From Eledone cirrhosa (lineage: Eukaryota): DNA of 64,000 nt. This document shows, piece by piece, positions 56,931-64,000 of this stretch. Under the pieces are notes generated by a model. That model was not told the DNA's origin, did not search any database, and was given only the letters and a program-made list of their open reading frames with translations. How positions within the stretch are numbered: position 1 is the first letter of the stretch; every line of letters starts with the position of its first letter. A program made the translations under genes and the position numbers. The stretch lies in NCBI GenBank assembly GCA_964016885.1, contig OZ024748.1:12648001-12712000 (forward strand), written 5' to 3'.

Positions 56931-58336
56931 CAGCAAAAGTAAAACAATTTTTTTTTTTAGATTGAGAAGAAAGAATGGAATGTAAAATAAGAAAATATTA
57001 AAAAAAAAACGGAAAAGGAAGGGAAAAACAAGGGCTTTAGTGTCACATAAGAATGGGGAAGGGGAAAGGGGGAGGGTGATTGGGTTCTGGGTCTAGGGCG
57101 TGGCGATAATGGGGCTGTGATCAGCGGACAAGCCCACACAAGTATTCCCGTGGACTCTGACCAGCGACACCCGCTGCAACAGCCACCCCCACTCCGCGGG
57201 GTTCCTTCCTCAGAGGGGGGGGGGGGGGGGGGGGCGCTGACGTTACGATCTTGCATTTACGGTCCTGCAAATAGACGAATACACAGACCAGCCCAAGATT
57301 GGCAATTCCCAATGATGGTGATGATGATGATGATGATGATGATGGTGATGGTGATGACGACGATGATGATGATTGTGATGATGATGGTGATGACGATGAT
57401 GATGATGACGACGATGGTCATGATTATGATGACGACGGTTGATGAGAGTGACGATAGTTGTTCTTCATGATGATGATGATGATGATGATGATGGTGACGT
57501 TAGTTGTTCTAGATGATGCTGATCACCACGGTGATGGTGTTGATTGTGTGTGTTGTGATGACCATGACGATGATGATGACGATGACGATGACGATGATGT
57601 TGATGTGACGTTGATGATGATGATGGTGATGGTGGTGGTGGTGGTGGTGGTGGTGGTGGTGGTGGTGGTGGTGATGGTGGTGGTGTGGTGGTGGTGGTGG
57701 TGGTGGTGGTGATGGTGGTGGTGGTGGTGGTGGTGGTGGTGGTGGTGGTGGTGGTGATGGTGGTGGTGTGGTGGTGGTGGTGGTGGTGGTGGTGATGGTG
57801 GTGGTGGTGGTGGTGGTGGTGGTGGTGGTGGTGTGGTGGTGGTGGTGGTGGTGGTGATGGTGGTGTGGTGGTGGTGGTGGTTGTTGTTGTCAAGGTTTTT
57901 GTAGTTGTTGGTAGTGGTTGTGGTGATGGTGGTGTTGGTGTGATGGTGGTGGTGGTGGTGGTGGTGGTGGTGATGGTGGTGGTGGTGATGGTGATGGTGG
58001 TGGTGGTGATGGTGGTGGTGGTGTGATGGTGGTGGTGGTGATGGTGATGGTGGTGGTGGTGGTGGTGATGGTGGTGGTGGTGATGGTGGTGGTGGTGTGA
58101 TGGTGGTGGTGGTGGTGATGGTGGTGGTGGTGTGATGGTGGTGGTGGTGTGATGGTGGTGGTGGTGGTGGTGGTGGTGGTGGTGGTGGTGGTGGTGGTGG
58201 TAAGGGGAGGCAATTATGCTAACTTTTGACACATGATTAGATGCTAATGACCTGAACTGCTGAAGCCATCCATCAGAACTTCGCTGCGTGACTGTGTTGG
58301 CAATGGAAGACTTTCTTAGTCTAGAGAGCTTCTATA

Positions 58337-58419
<83 letters not shown>

Positions 58420-58434
<15 letters not shown>

Positions 58435-58601
58435 CATATAAACACACACACTCACACGCACATATATATATATATATATATATATACTCACACGCACGCA
58501 CAGACACAGACACATACACATATACGCAGGCACATATACACATACAGGCACAGACATATACATAGATACAGATACACACATACACATTCACATTCACACA
58601 A

Positions 58602-58650
<49 letters not shown>

Positions 58651-58674
58651 CATATAAACACACACACTAACACG

Positions 58675-58727
<53 letters not shown>

Positions 58728-58841
58728 TCACACGCACGCACAGACCCAGACACATACACATATACGCAGGCACATATACACATACAGGCACAGACATATA
58801 CATAGATACAGATACACACATACACATTCACATTCACACAA

Positions 58842-58890
<49 letters not shown>

Positions 58891-58914
58891 CATATAAACA
58901 CACACACTAACACG

Positions 58915-58967
<53 letters not shown>

Positions 58968-59080
58968 TCACACGCACGCACAGACCCAGACACATACACA
59001 TATACGCACGCACATATACACATACAGGCACAGACATATACATAGATACAGATTTACACATACACATTCACATTCACACA

Positions 59081-59095
<15 letters not shown>
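58420..59095. repeat. 240-bp compound-microsatellite unit, three tandem copies
   Basis: actcacacgcacgcacagac…catacaggcacagac…cattcacacaagcac recurs at 58486, 58726 and 58966. Confidence 0.9.
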
Positions 59096-59142
<47 letters not shown>

Positions 59143-59473
59143 ACAGGCAAGCACATGCACAGATAAACACAGACACACACACAAATGCACATAGACACAC
59201 ACAAATACACGCACAAACAAACACACAGACATACAGACACACACTCACTCACACACACACACACACATACACGCAAGCACAGACACACACAGGTACACAC
59301 ACACATACACAGACACACGCACACAATAACACAAACACTGGCACACAGACACAGAGGAATATAGACAAATAGTGGTGGTGTGAGGTGTGGAAGAGTGAAG
59401 TCCAGGGTGACATGGTATTAGTGAAAGAATGAATGGGTGAGAGAGAATGAGAGATAGAAAGCGAGAGAGAGAG

Positions 59474-59527
<54 letters not shown>

Positions 59528-59545
59528 GGGAGAGAGAGAGAGAGG

Positions 59546-59589
<44 letters not shown>

Positions 59590-59684
59590 GAGAGAGAGGG
59601 ACGTAGGGGTGAGAAAGTTATGGAAAAACTTTTACATGTACGTTTTCAATCTATCTATTTCTGTTTCTCTCCGTCCCTCTACAC

Positions 59685-60002
59685 CACCGTTTCTCAACCG
59701 GTGTTCCCTGGAACCCTAGGATTCCGCAAGAGGTCACTAGGGGTTCCGCGAGAACCAGTGATAAATAAACTAATGTATTTCTTAAAAGTAATTCTTGTTT
59801 AATTTTATATTCGTAATTTTACTATGCATTTACGGCATATTGTCGGAAAATCCTTGTTTATTTTAAGAAAGGCTTCAACCTCTTATATTATTTAAAACTA
59901 GGTCAATATAAGAGATAGATATAATAATTTTTATGTAGGGGTTTCCTGAGACATGAACCTATTTCAAGGGTTCCACAAGGGTAAAATGGTTGAGAAACGC
60001 TG
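59685..60002. mobile_element. 318-bp non-autonomous hAT (Charlie-like) element
   Basis: 15-bp TIRs caccgtttctcaacc and ggttgagaaacgctg. Perfect 8-bp TSD ctctacac at 59677-59684 and 60003-60010. Subterminal ggttcc/ggaacc motifs. Confidence 0.92.
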
Positions 60003-60135
60003 CTCTACACACACACAATCCGTCACACACACACGCGCACGCAAACACACATTTATGTATATATATACATATGTATGTATGTATATATATATATATAATA
60101 TAAGATCAAAAGATGGTTAAAGGAGTTCCATATAT

Positions 60136-60200
60136 TTTATTATGCGCATTTCAAAAACAAACATCATCAAGCAATAATATTTGTGTTTTCATCAGATAAA
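60136..60200 (-). ncRNA. Minimal type-I hammerhead ribozyme, best example in the window
   Basis: UUUAU-CUGAUGA-AAAC-ACAAAUAUUAUU-GCUU-GAUGAUGUUUGU-UUUU-GAA-AUGCGCAU-A-AUAAA. Intact core, 12-bp distal stem II with three G-U pairs, perfect palindromic stem III, 5-bp stem I. Predicted cut between 60141 and 60140. Confidence 0.85.
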
Positions 60201-60366
60201 ACAGGAGAACATGATATGAAGGCTAAAAAAACACTTGTTGATAGTGCAGTTTTTAATCAATATATACAGCTGACGAAGGGATACTTTTCTTCTCTTGTTT
60301 ACGTCCCGTTCAGTAACCACACAGCCTAACACTTCACCTGTAATTATATCTATATCTATATATATA

Positions 60367-60561
60367 TAATAATTGTTTCTACTTTAGGCACAAGGCCAGC
60401 AATTACCCAGTGCATTACTGGTACTTTATTTTATCGACCCCGTAAGGATGAAAGGCAAAGTCAACCTCGGCGGGATTTTGAACTCAGATCGTAAAGGGAC
60501 GTAACTATGCTGGAAAGCATGGCGTCCGACCCTCTACCGATACTGCCAATCCACCGCCCTA
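60367..60561 (-). mobile_element. SINE family 1, full length (head agggcggtggattggcag)
   Basis: Consensus match. Confidence 0.93.
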
Positions 60562-60573
60562 ATATATATATAT

Positions 60574-60768
60574 AATAATAATAATAATAATTGTTTCTAG
60601 TTTTGGCACAAGGCCAGCAATTAACCAGTGTATTACTGGTACTTTATTTTATCAACCCCATAAGGATGAAAGGCAAATTTAACCTCGGCGGGATTTGAAC
60701 TCAGAATGGCAAGGGCCGTAACTCTATACGTCAAAGCATGGCGTCCGACCCTCTACCGATACTGCCAA
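60574..60768 (-). mobile_element. SINE family 1 (ggcccttgccattctg subfamily), tandem with the previous copy
   Basis: Consensus match; flanked by (AAT)n on both sides. Confidence 0.93.
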
Positions 60769-60960
60769 TAATAATAATAATAATATATATATATATATAT
60801 ATATATCCAATTTGATTTAATTTTATTATATTATGATTTGGTAGATATACTAAATCATAATATAATAAAATTAAATCAAATTGTTTAGAACTAGAAGTGA
60901 AGTCATTCTTTTCATTTTTTAAAATATACCTAACTGTACCAAGGATTTCACACATTTTCC

Positions 60961-61052
<92 letters not shown>

Positions 61053-61059
61053 TATATAC

Positions 61060-61106
<47 letters not shown>

Positions 61107-61109
<3 letters not shown>

Positions 61110-61189
61110 TGGATGGTTAAGTATGAAAATTGTAGAAATTTATAGAAAAAAAAGTAAATCTCTACAAATTTCATACTTGATACTCAATA
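61107..61189. mobile_element. Tiny mariner-type MITE
   Basis: tattggatggttaagtatgaaaattgtaga…tctacaaatttcatacttgatactcaata. Confidence 0.65.
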
Positions 61190-61266
61190 TAATACATATA
61201 TACACACACACACACATACAGTTACACACACACACACACATATACACATACACACACACACATACA

Positions 61267-61306
<40 letters not shown>

Positions 61307-61926
61307 TATATATATATATATAAACAGTTTTTGAATGTGCTGTGGTACAAGAGAATCGGTTTATATACACGTGACTGTATGTATGTGACTAAATATGTGC
61401 ATATGTGTATGAAGATATACATGCATATATGTATATGTATGTGTATTACGTGTATTTATATATATCTGTAATGGTGGATATTTATGTATGTGGCTTTTTG
61501 CGTGTGTTGTGTGTTTGTGTTTGCGGCATTTCAGAATTTATGTGATCGATATCTTAAGGTCGACATGTCTACGAGATATCAGAATTAATGAGAGCTGCTG
61601 AAGACGGTGTCTTTAACTGTCCATTCCTACGTTGGCCATTCATATTGTTCCGTTCTTACTTTCAACATTTCCATTCTTTCACCAGTTCTTCGAATGGATA
61701 TCTTTTCATGCACCTCTTTGCATGTCTTTGCATGCATGTCTCTGTAAGCATGTCTTCCTATGCATGTCTTCCTATGCATGTATTTGTATACATGTCTTCG
61801 TATGTATGTCTTTATATGCGCACCATTGTATGCACACTGTTGTATATAAGTCTTTGTCTTCTTTGGATGTGCGATTGCATGATATACTTACGATGTGTTA
61901 TAGAAATAATTTATCTATCTATCTAT

Positions 61927-62642
61927 CTTGTAAATTCCCCGGCATGTGTCTTTGTATTGCCCCCTTTTCTTGTGCGCCCTTGTGGCAAATACAGAAATAT
62001 ATCTATCTATCTGTCTATCTAACTATCTATCTTTTTATATATAGTTTATTGTTATTCTTCATTGTTAAAGATTTTATGTAAAGCCCCCACCGTCACGTCT
62101 TGTAATGTCCCATTATTGTACGCCCCTGTGGCAAATAAAGAAAGATATCTATCTATCTAAAACCTGTAGTTTGAGGAAGATAAACAGAGGGAAGACAGGA
62201 ACAGCTACAAAACGTGTTCCTGGAGTTGAGGGTTGTTCTATCCACGGGGTGTAAAACAACCCCGCAGTAACCCCCCCCCTATTGGGGATTTCGATTGTTT
62301 CATTTTGTATATAGTTTATTGTTATCCATTATTATTTAGGGCGGTGAATTGGCAGTATCGGTGGAGGGTTGGATTATGCTTTCCAGCATAGTTACGTCCC
62401 TTTACGATCTGAGTTCAATTCCCGCCGAGGTTAACTTTGCCTTTCATCCTTACGGGGTCGATAAAATAAAGCACCAGTAATGTACTGGGATAATTGCTGG
62501 CCTTGTGCCAAAAAGTAGAAACAATTATTATTGTTAAAGATTTTTATGTAAAACCCCCTCCGTCACGTCGTGTAATGTCCCATTTCTTGTACGCCCTTAT
62601 GACAAATAAAGAAAGATATCTATCTATGCATCTATCTATCTA
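61927..62642 (+). mobile_element. Three stacked Tx1/L1-like LINE 3' ends, each followed by (ATCT)n
   Basis: gccc(t/c)t(g/a)tg(g/a)caaata(a/c)agaaa ends at about 61997, 62144 and 62615. The third copy is interrupted by a SINE. Confidence 0.7.
62338..62532 (+). mobile_element. SINE family 1, full length, nested in a LINE 3' UTR
   Basis: agggcggtgaattggcagtatcgg…; TSD attattatt at 62328-62336 and 62524-62532. Confidence 0.92.
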
Positions 62643-62877
62643 TAGGAAAAAAATTCAGGACCCCGACGGCTGAGCTCCGGCCGTTTCAATAGCTAGATCC
62701 GAACTCAGTTCGTATCTAGCTGTTGAAACAACTAGAGCTCAGCCGTCGGGGTCCTGAATTGTTTCATATTACCCCCTATACTACCACAAATATCGAGTAC
62801 TCTGGTGAGTAATGGTCTAACTGGTTTCTACCACCTCCAATCTTATCTATCTATCTTTCTTTCTATCTATCTATCTT

Positions 62878-62919
<42 letters not shown>

Positions 62920-62980
62920 AGGACCGCGACGGCTGAGCTCCGGCCGTTTCAATAGCTAGATCCGAACTCAGTTCGTATCT
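62643..62980 (+). mobile_element. Family B hairpin plus tail (62643-62835) and a local partial duplicate (62919-62980)
   Basis: aattcaggaccccgacggctgagctc…cgaac-tca-gttcg…gagctcagccgtcggggtcctgaatt. Confidence 0.88.
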
Positions 62981-63547
62981 ATCTATCTATCTATCTGCCT
63001 AGCTGTCAATCTCCAATCTCCCTCTTTCTCCTTTCCTCCATGTATGTATCTATCTATGTAGATTTAACTACTACAATTTTAGCACAGTATGCACTCCACC
63101 AGTGGAATGTACTGCAGTTTGAAGATTCACGTTATAAACATTTACCTGGGAAATTCTTTGACGTCCACATTTTATTTTATTTTTCATTTTGTTTTTATTA
63201 TTTACTCTATTTATATATTTGAATTATTATTTCTGTTCTTTATCATTATTATTATTATTATTAAAAAAAAAATTTATTCATTACATATTTCTTAAAATAT
63301 TTCTTATTTTTGATTTTTTACTATATTTTTATTTATGTATATATATTTTAATTGAATTTAATTTTTTTAATTAATTAATTTATTTATATTTTTAAACTTT
63401 AGTTTCGGTATTAATTTGTCTTTGAGATCCTTCAGATCATAAGAAGAGTTTTTTTCTTCTTTTGACCATCATTTTAAGTATTCTCTGGTTATTTCTATTT
63501 TCAGAATTCCTCAAAATTTAAAAAAATCTAGTTTTTATCTGTCTCTG

Positions 63548-63603
<56 letters not shown>

Positions 63604-63747
63604 CACTCTCTCTATATATATATCTCAACCTCCCTCTCTCCCTATCTATCTCTCACCCTCTCTCTCTGTATCTATCTATCATCTATTTATCCATATATAT
63701 CTTACGCTCTCTCTCTCTCTCTCTCTCTTTCCCCTCTCTCTCTCTGT

Positions 63748-63784
<37 letters not shown>

Positions 63785-64000
63785 TATTATTATTATTACT
63801 ATCGAACAGATTTTCGATATTATTTATATCAATATGAAATTGTTATTATTTTTATTTTAAATTTGTATTTAATTTTAATTTTAATATTTTAAACTCTTCT
63901 TCTTCTTCTTCTTCTTCTTCTTCTTCTTCTTCTTCTTCTTCTTCTTCTTCTTCTTCTTCTTCTTCTTCTTCTTCTTCTTCTTCTTCTTCTTCTTCTTCTT

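Noticed and set aside
60270-60312. CUGACGA-A-GGGAU…GUCCC hammerhead candidate
   Set aside because: GAAA is absent after stem II (it reads GUUC); at most a decayed relic.

Overview
Eukaryotic, AT-rich, very microsatellite-dense DNA that looks intronic or intergenic. The repeat repertoire resembles a coleoid cephalopod (Octopus-like); that is inference, not a search result. No complete host gene is recognisable, and almost all tracked ORFs are translations of (TA)n, (CA)n, (ACT)n, (GGT)n and similar repeats. The window contains about 15 copies or fragments of a tRNA-derived SINE, a second CORE-like SINE family, decayed RTE-type and Tx1/L1-type LINE ends, hAT and Tc1/mariner MITEs, a Helitron 3' end and several minisatellites. 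The main unexplained signal is a set of short non-coding elements that abut (TA)n tracts, often fold back into long inverted repeats, and carry minimal type-I hammerhead ribozyme motifs (CUGANGA, stem II, GAAA, palindromic stem III, NUH, stem I). Nine motifs keep an intact core (seven loci; two of them duplicated by inversion) and about eight more are degenerate. They fall into several unrelated sequence families, consistent with a diverse Penelope-like or retrozyme-like population that targets TA microsatellites. There are also a few weak exon candidates and one RFX/NF-Y/ETS promoter-like cluster.
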